The position numbers and the translations under genes were made by a program. Source: Spirochaetia bacterium (GTDB lineage: Bacteria > Spirochaetota > Leptospiria > Turneriellales > JAOUOS01). Taken from it: 64,000 nt of DNA. Positions 1 to 10,046 of this stretch are shown here, in pieces; the stretch's first letter is position 1; each line of letters starts with the position of its first letter. The DNA lies in NCBI GenBank assembly GCA_029880265.1, contig JAOUOT010000002.1, positions 117,353 to 181,352 on the forward strand, given 5' to 3'. The notes beneath the pieces were generated by a model. The model was given only the letters and a program-made list of their open reading frames with translations. It was not told the DNA's origin and did no database searches.

Positions 1-474
1 AAGAGCGTCAAAAAATAAATCATTGCGGTTTGTTTTTATATCTCCATACGCCCCAAATTCAAATTTATCGGCAATCTCTTTAAGCTTTATTTTGGCCGCT
101 TTTTTAAAGTTTCCGGTTAATAACGCCGGAGTATAACCTGACGATTTTTCTAAAAAATCGGTAAACTCTCTTGCGCCTTTCAAATAATTGGTAGGCTTAT
201 CTCTAAGCTCTTCAAGCAAATTTCTTATATAAACGGTTTTAAATTCTGTTAGATCGACAGAAAATCTGTTTTTAGGATAAATTTTTTTTAGAATATGCTT
301 AAAGATATATGAATCTGTTCTGCCTGCTACGTCTTTCGCGTTTAATTTTATAGTTTGCCCAAAAAGACTTTCACAGGCTTTTTCCATCGACTTTCTGCCG
401 GCGCCTCCCGAATCTATAAGCGTTCCGTCAATGTCTAATATATATAAATAATCTTTTTTTTTATTTTTATTCAA
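1..474 (-). CDS. HAD-superfamily hydrolase, runs off the window edge
   Basis: Not in the ORF track. Manual translation from TTG at 474 gives MNKNKKKDYLYILDIDGTLIDSGGAGRKSM...LLTGN..., with HAD motif I (DxDGT) and motif II (T in LLTGN). The frame is open to base 1. Confidence 0.85.
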   Translation of the reverse strand, partial: MNKNKKKDYLYILDIDGTLIDSGGAGRKSMEKACESLFGQTIKLNAKDVAGRTDSYIFKHILKKIYPKNRFSVDLTEFKTVYIRNLLEELRDKPTNYLKGAREFTDFLEKSSGYTPALLTGNFKKAAKIKLKEIADKFEFGAYGDIKTNRNDLFFDAL

Positions 475-484
475 ATAAGTTATT

Positions 485-1141
485 TTACTGCTGCTCAAGC
501 GTTAAAATCTTCTCATGCTCAACATCGTCTAAGCGAAATTCTTTGTCGGTATGAAATTGTACAATTCTAATAAGTTTTTTTAATTGATTCAAATATTTTC
601 TTAAGAATTTGTTTCTTTGAACATAGGTTTTCATATCTTTTAATCTGGCGCTTATTAACTTTCCGGTTGTTGTTTCGTATGTCATGTTTAAATCGGCATA
701 ATTTTTACCCGCCGATTCATTTTCAATAACTCTTGTTTCGGTATTTTCAGATAATACGGCAGATTGAGTATATTGAAATTTTATACTTTTAATATTCGAC
801 CCTGAAGATTTTATTATTGCCTGTTCATGAAAAATAACTATTTCTCTCATCATTATTTTTTCGCCTGCATCCATTTCAATTATTAGGTCGTCGTTATTTT
901 TTGATTGTTTATTTTTTTGATTTTTTAGGCCTTGATATTGTTCTATCGCTTCGCCTAATTCTTTTTGAATAGCGTTTACTTCTTCTTCTAAGATTTCTGA
1001 AACCAACGGTTCATTTTTATTTTTTTGTTGCGCCTCAACATCGCCGTTAGAATAAAGTCCTATAAAGAGAGAACAAACAGGCAATAGGTATAATTTGAAA
1101 TATTTGTTTATTCGTTTTGAATAAGATATTTTTTTCGTCAT
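485..1141 (-). CDS. Hypothetical exported protein
   Basis: 218-aa ORF with an AGGAG RBS, a signal-peptide-like N-terminus and a coiled-coil segment; no family recognised. Confidence 0.7.
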   Translation of the reverse strand: MTKKISYSKRINKYFKLYLLPVCSLFIGLYSNGDVEAQQKNKNEPLVSEILEEEVNAIQKELGEAIEQYQGLKNQKNKQSKNNDDLIIEMDAGEKIMMREIVIFHEQAIIKSSGSNIKSIKFQYTQSAVLSENTETRVIENESAGKNYADLNMTYETTTGKLISARLKDMKTYVQRNKFLRKYLNQLKKLIRIVQFHTDKEFRLDDVEHEKILTLEQQ

Positions 1142-1246
1142 AATCTGTTATCTCCTATATGTTTTACATAAAATAAGCTTGCATTGTGTTTAAGACTATC
1201 GAAAATATTTGCCATAAACAGGCAAGCATAAAAACAGGAAAATAAA

Positions 1247-1579
1247 ATGGAAATTAAGATACAAAATAAAGAAAAATATATTATAATACAGATATTCGGA
1301 AACCTGGATATTTATACCGCCGTAGATTTAAAATCGCATTTTGATAAAATAAATATCGCAAAAGACGCGCCTCTTGTACTTGAACTGTCAAATCTTTCAT
1401 ATATGGATTCCAGCGGAATTGGGGCTTTAATAAAGTTAGCAAATCAGGTGAAAGAGGCAAATGGTATTTTATATCTGACAGGCATTAAACCGATTATTCA
1501 GAAAGTCTTTAAAATAGCCGGACTAACAGGATACTTTAATGTTCTTTCTGAAGATGATTTTTTATCAAAATTTTCTTGA
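1247..1579 (+). CDS. STAS-domain anti-sigma factor antagonist (RsbV/SpoIIAA-like)
   Basis: Motifs G-x-LD and LSYMDSSGIG (phosphorylatable Ser), 110 aa. Confidence 0.92.
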   Translation: MEIKIQNKEKYIIIQIFGNLDIYTAVDLKSHFDKINIAKDAPLVLELSNLSYMDSSGIGALIKLANQVKEANGILYLTGIKPIIQKVFKIAGLTGYFNVLSEDDFLSKFS

Positions 1580-1678
1580 CCGTTGAAAATCTTTAAATTT
1601 TACATGTTCTTCGGGATTATCAGGTAAATCTCGGCTAAAGCATGCCTTATTTAAAACAAATTTTAATTTTTTCCTAAA

Positions 1679-4600
1679 ATGCCGAATAAGTCACAGATAC
1701 ATATATTATTAATCTCTATTACTTCGATTATAGGATCATTTTCATTATTTTATGCGAATATATCCGATAAAAATACTGTCGCAGTCCAAAAAGGGAAAAA
1801 AACCGATCCAAAACCGCCCACTGAACAAAAAATAAACCCCTATGAAGAAAGCGACAATAATTCTCAAGAAATCGAGCTTTCTAACGAAGATTTTTTCAAA
1901 TACAAAAATAAACAACTTTATTCTAAAGATAAAGATTTGAATTTGGGTAAATCTTATCTTGATATCTTTCACCCGCTGGAATACAAAAATAAAGACGTAA
2001 AATTATATATTTTTGGAAACATGGATATGAGCACGGGATTTAAATATAATTACTGCGACCCCTGCGATCAAAGAAGCACCGCCACGTTTGACTTTGACCT
2101 TGCAAAGAATGATAAGGTCGTTCCACATATGAAGCCTACAAGTATGCAGGTAAGCGTTAAAGGTAAATTAGGAAAAAAAATTAACGTTAATATAGACTAT
2201 AATAAAGATGAAAACAAATCTGAAAATCATTTTTGGATACAATACAAAACGCCGAAAACAAGCGATTTTCTTCAAGAAATAACCATAGGCAACATCGATC
2301 TTCTCTTTCCCAAGAGAGAGTTTGTCGTTTTTGAGCAATCAGGCAAGAAAACGATGGGTTTAGAATCGAAAATGACGCGCGGGAAATTAAATTTTCATAC
2401 AATTGCCACATTAACCCAGGGCGAATCTTATACTCAAACGTTTATAGGAAACACAAAGAAAACAGGAAAATTAATCAATGATCATAAGTTTATAAGAAGA
2501 AAATACTATCAGCTAGAGCCATTTACATACTATGATCGCTTAACGTCTGCGCCTATTATTACGGCTGCAAGTTATGACAGAGCATCAGGTGCCTCTTTAA
2601 TAACGCTAACCTCTTTTACCGCGAACCCCGACACTTATATGCCCAATTATGATATAAATATTGATCCGCTCTCGATAGAAATTTATTTAGACGACAGAGA
2701 TTCGGCAAACGATCAATTTGAAGGCGCGCAGCAGAAAATAATTTCAACAGGAACGGGAACAGACCTTGGTAATTTTCATCTTCTCAAGCAGGGAATCGAT
2801 TATATATGCGAATTTAATACGGGCAGAATTACATTTCTAAAAAATATAAATGAAAATTATAAAATATTTGTTCGGTATACTCATCATAACGGCAGCTTGA
2901 CAAGTACAGATCCCTCGGCAAGAATTGATAACGGAAAAATAGAAACATTCATTAAGTTCGGTAAAACCCTGCATGAAGATTTAAATCGCAACGGTATTCT
3001 TGACGCAGGCGAAGAGAGCATAGACGACGGCAAACTCAATTTAGACATTTACGAAGTAAGAGGCGTTTATAATCTAGGGGCTTCTGAAATCTTAGAATCT
3101 AGCTTTACTATGACCCTCGTAAAAAAAGATTTAAACCCTGAAAATGAACTAAACGATCTTGGTCGAAAAGATATAAATTATGAAACAGGCATAATATCTT
3201 TTAATTTAAGAGAGCCGTTTAAGAATGCGATAAATTCTTCAGGGGAATTTCTATTATCCGATGAAAACGCGGGAGTTATTTATAACGAATCAACCTTTGA
3301 TTATATTGCCGATTATTCAATATTAAGCTTTAGAACAGAGTTTTCAAGCATAATTCACAGCTATCAACTTACGCATTCAAATCTTATAAAAAACTCTGAA
3401 AAGGTAAAAGTAAACGCTCAGGTAATTGCGTCAAAGCTTTATTATATCGATTATAAAAGCGGTTTTTTTCAATTTTTAGATCCTCATAACCCGCAGATTG
3501 GAAGTCAAGATACCATTGAAATAAGTTATGAATACCTGCCCTTTGGTTCTTCTTCAAACGGCTATATTTTGGGCCTAAGAACCGATTATAAAGCGACGAA
3601 ATACGTTAATATCGGCGGAACAATTTTGTATAACGGAGAATTTGAAAACGCCGAAGCTCCGCAAATTGGAGAGGCCCCCGCAAGCAAACTCGTTTTTGAA
3701 GGCGATATAGACGTAAAGATAGACGAAGAAAAGGTAACGAGACTCATAAATACCATACCGGGCATAGATTTAGATTTGCTTCCCATTCAAATTGAAGGAT
3801 ACGCAGAATATGCCAAGAGTATTTACAACCCTAATACATTTGGTTATGCTTTAATTGACGACATGGAATCAAGCGAAGAATCAAATGAGGTTCCAATATC
3901 AGAAAAAGACTGGGTATTATCTGCCATACCTCCGTCTTTAACCGGAGCCTTAGAATGCGATAGATCTCCTCTATATTATCATTTTTATAGGGACCCTGAA
4001 GATTACAGTAAAGGTTTGTTAGATTTTGCGACAGGTCCTACGGCTTCGCCGGCATATTCAAGCTTATCTGGACCTTATAACGTCTCTGACGGTCACTTAG
4101 ATTCTTCACAGCTAAATTCCTCTCAGGCAGAAAAGCAGGTTTCTTTAGTATTAGATTTTGACTTTTCTAAAACGACTACGTCAAATCAAAAATTCGCCTC
4201 AATTAATACTCGCGAATTTTCTACAGTCGGAGAAGATTTTTCAAATGTTACATATTTAGAATTTTACGCAAAATTAAAAGACGCCGTAAATGTAAATTCA
4301 GGCATAAGAATCGCTTTTGATCTAGGTACGTTAAACGAAGACACAGATTCTGACGGATTTTTTGACACTGAAGATATAGGGCTCGATCTTATAAACGGAG
4401 ATACAAACGGAAATAACATAAAGGATCCCGGAGAAACATGGGATACAACAGAAAGAGACCTGAAATTGAGCCAAGATCAAAGCATAGGTTTAAACGAAGA
4501 TATCGGTTACTCTTTTAACCCTCCCGGATGCCCTTCGGCCAATACCATTGTGGGGGCCGGCCCCAATATAAGCTCTGATCCGCTTACAAAGGGAAACGGA

Positions 4601-7600
4601 ATACTAAATCAGGAAGATTTTGATAAAGACGGTAAATTCAGCCTTATTGAAAATTCGGTTCCCATTGATTCAGAGGGAAGCGTACCCTATCTTTATTTTG
4701 AACAAACTTATAAAAATATATTATCAACAAACAACTGGCAGCTTTTTCGCGTTTATCTAAACCAGGCCGAGATGTCAGATAAACAAAAGCTTGCGTTGCG
4801 CGAAGTAAAAAGCATACGATTGTATATTGTTCCCCATTCTGATTCGACTAACGCCAGCGGCAAAATATTAATTGATTCGATAAAATTTGCCGGCACGAAA
4901 TGGAGAAAAACATATACTGAAGACTTCGGATCTTCGACAAGAAATTCTAATTATGATACAACAGTATTTCGCTCGGCCTCTATAAACAATTTTACCTCAA
5001 AAATAGAATATGAGCCAAACTCATTTCTTAAAGAAGAGCGTGATGAGTGGGAACTTTTACACGGCAAAAAAACCAATACCGAACACGCTTATATTCGCGA
5101 AGGAGCCTTGAAGCTGACATACAATTTGAATTCTACCAATGAAAAAGCTTATGCCGAAAGAATATTTATTAAGGCAATGGAACTTCAGCATTATAAAACA
5201 ATTAATTTATGGGTTAACTTTAGAACGCCTGAAATTACAGGGCATTCTTTTCTATTTCGGGTGGGCTCCAGCGAAAACGATTATTATGAATATGAATTTC
5301 CTATAAACTCGTCAGGTTGGCAAAAATTAAGCTTTGATCTGAAAAACCCTGAAAGAGAATATGGTAACTTCAATATGTTAAAGACCAATATAATGGCCGT
5401 AGGCGTTAAAAAACCTGATTCATCTTTACAATTATTAGAAGGAACTATATGGGTAAACGATATTTTTACTTCTGATCCTATTTCTGAAGATGCAAACGCT
5501 TACAAATATGAAAGTACAATAAAAATTACTAAACCGATATACAAAACCGAATCTGGCGTAGAGATAATATCTGATTTTAAGGCTACTTTTAAGAAAATTC
5601 ATAAAGACCGTTATTTCAACTCTATAGGCATATCTGAAAAATTTAAAGATATCGAAACAGACGATAAATCATGGAATATTGAAAGCAATCTTCTGCCTTT
5701 CTGGAAGGCAAACTACTTATATGAAAACAATAAAACAAACGCTTTGCCCGAAGATTTTCAGGAAGAGATGAGTTTTGACGGATTTACAAAAACAATTACT
5801 CATAACACAACGCATACAATAAAATTTAAGCCGGCATGGTATCCTGTTATTAACACAGGCTTTTTATTCAGCCGTGTTGAAAATGATCTTGAAGAAACCT
5901 TTGGAAACTCTTTTCTCAATATACGGCAGTTAACCAATAAGATAAAAAAGAATAACGCGCCGACTTTTTCTATAAAACATAAAATTCCAAAATTCCTTTC
6001 TACTCAAATTGAATATGACTTAGAAAATAAATTTAACCTTCTCTCAGAAATAGAAACCGGTTCCCTGAAAGAAGAAAACCTCCTATCTCCCAATAAAGAT
6101 AATCGTCAAAAAGAATTAACCGAAGAAACTAAAAATAACCTTAAGATAAAAATCGGCGAATTTTTAATAGAACCCGTATATTCTCACAAAAGAGTGCGTC
6201 TTTTAGAAAAAAATTATACCGATGACAGCAATATAAATATGATAAACGGCTCGTTTTACATACCCATAATTGAATCACCGAAAGATTTTAGATTCAGAGA
6301 AAGAATGACTAAATATGAATTAAAAACCGAGTACAAAAAGCTATGGATATTTTCTCCAAAAATAAAGACTGCAATTAATTACAAAGAATCTTCTTTTACC
6401 GATAATTTATCTACTTTTGATCGAGATAAGTTTCAAAGATTAAAACAACCCAGCACTTTAACCTCTTTAGAAATGAGCATTCCTGTTGAAATGAAAAATA
6501 ATTGGTTTTTATTAAATATTTTTAAAAAAATAAAGCCCGCTTTTTACCGCGAAATTAATCTAGTAGAAAAGAATATGCCGTTTACTAATATGACAGATCT
6601 TTACAAAGACGAATTTGGCTTTAATAGAACTTTGCCTCCTTTGATGAACAATACCTTTAATCTTTACGAATATCCTTTTTGGAGATTTTTTTATTCAGAT
6701 TCAACAAGAAAAAATAACAATTATTCAAACGGAAGAGATTATGTTTATAAAACTCAATATATTCCCGATATACCGCCTGAATATTCAGACTCCCTTTTAA
6801 TTTATAATAATTCTCTTTCGCTTAAAGAAAAAATATCGGGCCTGATAACGTGGGACATCTGGAAACCCTTAACATTAAGAACAGATATCAATCTTTCGCA
6901 GGAAATTAACAGACCGACTGTTGACGCTCTGCCTACGCAAAAAGCGACATGGGGATTTTTTATAGAGCAAAAATACGATTTCATGAAAATTTTTAACTTC
7001 TGGTTCTGGTCGCAAAAAAAGAAACGGCAATCAAACTTTGAATTTAATTTCAAATATGAAAGGAATATGTATATTACATTAAATCAAAAAGAAGATAAAT
7101 ATACGCCCGAAACTTCTATTTTATTTTCATGGTTCAATAAAGATAACGCTTCTACTTCTATTTCGGTTACTTTCGGTTTGAATTTAAGAATATTTAATCA
7201 TAAAGAATACATCTCTGACGAAAACGAAGACGACGCCGTTATATATCTGCAAATACCCTCTCTGCCGGAACTCGGCATTAAAGAAAAAGACACCGGCTAT
7301 GATTTTAAAATTACATATAAGACAGAACTTCCCAGTCTAAAAAAATATTTTAACGATATTACCAGCCTCAATATTAAATATCATCCCGCTTATACTTTAG
7401 ACTTTCTCATTGACTTAAATAAAGCAAATTACAATTTACCCGAAAAAAAAATCGGCGATTTAACCAATGCCTATTCTGTTAAGCAGTCTTTATCGGCAAA
7501 TTTACACGCAAATGTCAGCGGAAAGATAAGTTTTGAATATAAATATAATATTATCAAGCAAATTCAGGGAACAGTCATCGAAAAAAAGAAAACGATTTTA

Positions 7601-7630
7601 TTTGATATTGGCATTAAAATATTATTTTAA
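1679..7630 (+). CDS. SprA/Sov-like giant outer-membrane beta-barrel protein (T9SS translocon homologue)
   Basis: Signal peptide followed by collinear SprA-like blocks: MQVSVKGKLGKKINVNIDY, LQEITIGNI, YYIDYKSG, LGLRTDY, LIDDMESS, WQLFRVYL, FRVGSSENDYYEYEFP, GTIWVND. Also DxNxNG-type Ca-binding loops, an amphipathic beta-strand C-terminal third and a terminal Phe. Confidence 0.75.
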   Translation: MPNKSQIHILLISITSIIGSFSLFYANISDKNTVAVQKGKKTDPKPPTEQKINPYEESDNNSQEIELSNEDFFKYKNKQLYSKDKDLNLGKSYLDIFHPLEYKNKDVKLYIFGNMDMSTGFKYNYCDPCDQRSTATFDFDLAKNDKVVPHMKPTSMQVSVKGKLGKKINVNIDYNKDENKSENHFWIQYKTPKTSDFLQEITIGNIDLLFPKREFVVFEQSGKKTMGLESKMTRGKLNFHTIATLTQGESYTQTFIGNTKKTGKLINDHKFIRRKYYQLEPFTYYDRLTSAPIITAASYDRASGASLITLTSFTANPDTYMPNYDINIDPLSIEIYLDDRDSANDQFEGAQQKIISTGTGTDLGNFHLLKQGIDYICEFNTGRITFLKNINENYKIFVRYTHHNGSLTSTDPSARIDNGKIETFIKFGKTLHEDLNRNGILDAGEESIDDGKLNLDIYEVRGVYNLGASEILESSFTMTLVKKDLNPENELNDLGRKDINYETGIISFNLREPFKNAINSSGEFLLSDENAGVIYNESTFDYIADYSILSFRTEFSSIIHSYQLTHSNLIKNSEKVKVNAQVIASKLYYIDYKSGFFQFLDPHNPQIGSQDTIEISYEYLPFGSSSNGYILGLRTDYKATKYVNIGGTILYNGEFENAEAPQIGEAPASKLVFEGDIDVKIDEEKVTRLINTIPGIDLDLLPIQIEGYAEYAKSIYNPNTFGYALIDDMESSEESNEVPISEKDWVLSAIPPSLTGALECDRSPLYYHFYRDPEDYSKGLLDFATGPTASPAYSSLSGPYNVSDGHLDSSQLNSSQAEKQVSLVLDFDFSKTTTSNQKFASINTREFSTVGEDFSNVTYLEFYAKLKDAVNVNSGIRIAFDLGTLNEDTDSDGFFDTEDIGLDLINGDTNGNNIKDPGETWDTTERDLKLSQDQSIGLNEDIGYSFNPPGCPSANTIVGAGPNISSDPLTKGNGILNQEDFDKDGKFSLIENSVPIDSEGSVPYLYFEQTYKNILSTNNWQLFRVYLNQAEMSDKQKLALREVKSIRLYIVPHSDSTNASGKILIDSIKFAGTKWRKTYTEDFGSSTRNSNYDTTVFRSASINNFTSKIEYEPNSFLKEERDEWELLHGKKTNTEHAYIREGALKLTYNLNSTNEKAYAERIFIKAMELQHYKTINLWVNFRTPEITGHSFLFRVGSSENDYYEYEFPINSSGWQKLSFDLKNPEREYGNFNMLKTNIMAVGVKKPDSSLQLLEGTIWVNDIFTSDPISEDANAYKYESTIKITKPIYKTESGVEIISDFKATFKKIHKDRYFNSIGISEKFKDIETDDKSWNIESNLLPFWKANYLYENNKTNALPEDFQEEMSFDGFTKTITHNTTHTIKFKPAWYPVINTGFLFSRVENDLEETFGNSFLNIRQLTNKIKKNNAPTFSIKHKIPKFLSTQIEYDLENKFNLLSEIETGSLKEENLLSPNKDNRQKELTEETKNNLKIKIGEFLIEPVYSHKRVRLLEKNYTDDSNINMINGSFYIPIIESPKDFRFRERMTKYELKTEYKKLWIFSPKIKTAINYKESSFTDNLSTFDRDKFQRLKQPSTLTSLEMSIPVEMKNNWFLLNIFKKIKPAFYREINLVEKNMPFTNMTDLYKDEFGFNRTLPPLMNNTFNLYEYPFWRFFYSDSTRKNNNYSNGRDYVYKTQYIPDIPPEYSDSLLIYNNSLSLKEKISGLITWDIWKPLTLRTDINLSQEINRPTVDALPTQKATWGFFIEQKYDFMKIFNFWFWSQKKKRQSNFEFNFKYERNMYITLNQKEDKYTPETSILFSWFNKDNASTSISVTFGLNLRIFNHKEYISDENEDDAVIYLQIPSLPELGIKEKDTGYDFKITYKTELPSLKKYFNDITSLNIKYHPAYTLDFLIDLNKANYNLPEKKIGDLTNAYSVKQSLSANLHANVSGKISFEYKYNIIKQIQGTVIEKKKTILFDIGIKILF

Positions 7631-7660
7631 ATTAATCATTTTTGCAAAAATTTTATATTC

Positions 7661-8014
7661 TCACGAGACAAAATTTTCGCCTACAATCCCTTCTTCTAAT
7701 AAAGAAATTAAATTATCTGTTTTATCTTTTAATTCTCTAAATGTGGGATTATCTTCTCCCGAACTCAAATCGTCAATTTGCTTTTTCAACTGCAGCAACT
7801 CATCGGTAATATTGAGGGCCGCTAAAAGTATTAACTTGCTTTCGTCTTTTTCGTTTATCTTTTTTTTTAATTCAATTATCTTTTCATTAACATAACCGGC
7901 TACATTTCTCATATAAGCGGGGTCAATATCGCCTATTAAAGTATATGGTTTGCCCGATATTTGAACTTTCGTTCTTTCAATATAATTATTGTTTTCTGAA
8001 AGTTCTGAACTCAT
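7661..8014 (-). CDS. zapA: Cell division protein ZapA
   Basis: VQISGKPYTL...YMRNVAGYVNEKI...LLAALNITDELLQLK signature. Confidence 0.92.
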   Translation of the reverse strand: MSSELSENNNYIERTKVQISGKPYTLIGDIDPAYMRNVAGYVNEKIIELKKKINEKDESKLILLAALNITDELLQLKKQIDDLSSGEDNPTFRELKDKTDNLISLLEEGIVGENFVS

Positions 8015-8018
8015 TTTA

Positions 8019-8957
8019 TTACTCTTTTTCGTTTTCTTCTACGATCAGAAAGTCTTCGTCATCGTCTTCGTCAAAAATTCCCAGAACATCGTCGTCGTCT
8101 TCAACTACGATTTCTCCATCTGCAGCCGGAGTCTCTTCTGAAGGCTCTGAATCGCCCTGCTCATCAGTATTTTTCTCGTCTTCTAATTCAAGATTATCAA
8201 TGGGTTCGTCATCTGTGATGACAATTTCTTCGTCGTCGTCTTCCAGTAAAACAATATCATCGGAATCGTCATCTTCTTCGCCGCCTTCAAAAGAGTCTTC
8301 GGCTATTTCTGGCGCGTCATTAACCGAAACCGGCTCTGGTTCTGATTCTAATTCCGGTTCTGATTCTAATTCCGGTTCTGATTGCGGCTCAGATTCATTC
8401 TCTGCCTGCGGTTCGGGTTCGGGTTCAGGCTGCGAAGATATTTCAGCGTCATTAGGGTCGCCTTCAATTAAACTCATCGACTCGCTTTCTTCGCCTACTT
8501 CATCTTCAATGTCTATTTCAACTTGAGTTTCTTCTTCTGTTAAAATATCTTCGCCTTCAGACTCTTCTTTAACCGTTTCAACCTCTGGGGCTTTATCAGA
8601 CGACACTGCGGCCGCAGCAGTCGGTGCAGCGGCGCCAACAGCCCCGGAAGAGACCGCGTCAGTTTGACCGCCTTTAAGGGAGTCTAATTTTCCAATGATT
8701 TGTACTATTTTTGTTTCCAGATCTTTTTCTTTTGATTTAAGTTTACTTAGCTCAGATGTAGCCTCGGCTAATTGTTCCTGAAGTTTTTTTGATTCAATTT
8801 CCTTTTCTTCGGCCGAAAGTTTCAGTTGATCATTGCTTGATTTGAGCGTATCAACTTCTTTTTCAAGATGATTATTTTCAACTCTTAGGTCAGATATAAG
8901 TTCAAGAGCCTTGGCTATTCTTCCTTCTAGTAGTTCTAATTGTTCCATTGTTACCAT
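8019..8957 (-). CDS. zapB: ZapB-like coiled-coil protein with a long acidic low-complexity tail
   Basis: N-terminal LELLEGRIAKALELISDLRVENNHL coiled coil, directly upstream of zapA; about 200 aa of D/E/P-rich tail. Confidence 0.7.
   Translation of the reverse strand: MVTMEQLELLEGRIAKALELISDLRVENNHLEKEVDTLKSSNDQLKLSAEEKEIESKKLQEQLAEATSELSKLKSKEKDLETKIVQIIGKLDSLKGGQTDAVSSGAVGAAAPTAAAAVSSDKAPEVETVKEESEGEDILTEEETQVEIDIEDEVGEESESMSLIEGDPNDAEISSQPEPEPEPQAENESEPQSEPELESEPELESEPEPVSVNDAPEIAEDSFEGGEEDDDSDDIVLLEDDDEEIVITDDEPIDNLELEDEKNTDEQGDSEPSEETPAADGEIVVEDDDDVLGIFDEDDDEDFLIVEENEKE
8338..8383. repeat. 18-bp coding tandem repeat (GGTTCTGATTCTAATTCC x about 2.5)
   Basis: Exact copies at 8338-8355 and 8356-8373, partial copy at 8374-8383; encodes EPELES units. 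Confidence 0.9.
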
Positions 8958-8975
8958 AGTATTCTCCTTAGTAGT

Positions 8976-10046
8976 TTATTTAATATTCTCTTTTTTTAAT
9001 TCTTTTTTAGTATATTCTATCGGAAGTTCCGGATACATATTCAACGGATTTTCGACTAATTGAGCATTTGGAGGCGGTTTATAATTAAATAAACTTTTTT
9101 TTATGCCGGTTCCAATTTTAATCTCATTAAACTTGAACGTATGAGTTATTTCTTCTGATTTAAAATTAATTTCTTTTAGCATCTCATTATCTACTGAAAT
9201 TATTATTTCAGAAATATCCCTTTTGTCATTCTTATACACATATTGACTATTTTCTTCGACATAACTTCCCTTATAATATTTCAAAAACTCAAATATTCCC
9301 CCTGAATTTTCCGCCACCTCTTGTTTGGCGCAGATTTCAGTCTCGGGATTATATATCCACAAGAACTTACCGTTCGTTGCTATAATACTATTATCGGCAA
9401 GTATGATGTGAAGTTTGTCGGGATATTCATAAGAAATTTTACCTTTTTTATTAATGCCTGACGAACTACGATATTCGACATCGGCCATAAAGCTTGAAAA
9501 AATACCCTTTGCTTTGTCTTTTATTTCTTCAATGCCAACCGAAGAACTTATGTCAGCCGCATTGAAAAATAAGCTAAACGCTACTATCCATTTAAAAAAA
9601 TTCAAAGAAACCGAACGTAAGAAATTTATTATCTGTATATTGATAGGATCATGAGACTCGATTGAACCGTTTTCTATTTTATTCCAGTATTTCTTTATTT
9701 TATCCATTTCGTCGCCGTCTACCCATATTGAACCGCATTTTTCGCAATAATCTAAAATTATATTCGACATGCTCAAAAAATTTACTTTTATCATATGTGT
9801 ATTTTCGCAATAACCGCATGGAATATAATCATGATTATCTTTATGCGGGTCATGATCAATCGACGAAAATTCGATATCTTCTGTAGGAAAAAATCCCTCA
9901 TAGTGAGGAATCATCTGATTTAATTCGCCTTTATGAAGGTACATTCCTTCACATTTTTGGCATGCTATAATTTTTTTACCGTCTTTTTCAATAATTTTTA
10001 ATTTTTGATTATTTTTACATACCGGACAATTTTCAATTTTTGCCAT
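8976..10046 (-). CDS. lolA: Tandem zf-TFIIB-type zinc ribbons fused in frame to a LolA-like lipoprotein carrier
   Basis: N-half has CPVC..CQKCEGMYLHKGEL and CGYC..DYCEKCGSIWVDGDE. After an internal hydrophobic segment the C-half has GKISYEYPDKL, IIATNGKFLWIYNP and LFNYKPPPNAQLVEN, typical of LolA. Confidence 0.75.
   Translation of the reverse strand: MAKIENCPVCKNNQKLKIIEKDGKKIIACQKCEGMYLHKGELNQMIPHYEGFFPTEDIEFSSIDHDPHKDNHDYIPCGYCENTHMIKVNFLSMSNIILDYCEKCGSIWVDGDEMDKIKKYWNKIENGSIESHDPINIQIINFLRSVSLNFFKWIVAFSLFFNAADISSSVGIEEIKDKAKGIFSSFMADVEYRSSSGINKKGKISYEYPDKLHIILADNSIIATNGKFLWIYNPETEICAKQEVAENSGGIFEFLKYYKGSYVEENSQYVYKNDKRDISEIIISVDNEMLKEINFKSEEITHTFKFNEIKIGTGIKKSLFNYKPPPNAQLVENPLNMYPELPIEYTKKELKKENIK

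Noticed and set aside
7631..7660. Expected 6S RNA position downstream of zapA
   Set aside because: Only 30 bp separate zapA from the convergent SprA-like gene.
7945..8526. 193-aa Ser-rich plus-strand ORF
   Set aside because: It is the antisense shadow of the Asp/Glu-rich zapB-like tail (GAA/GAT codons read as TCx on the other strand).
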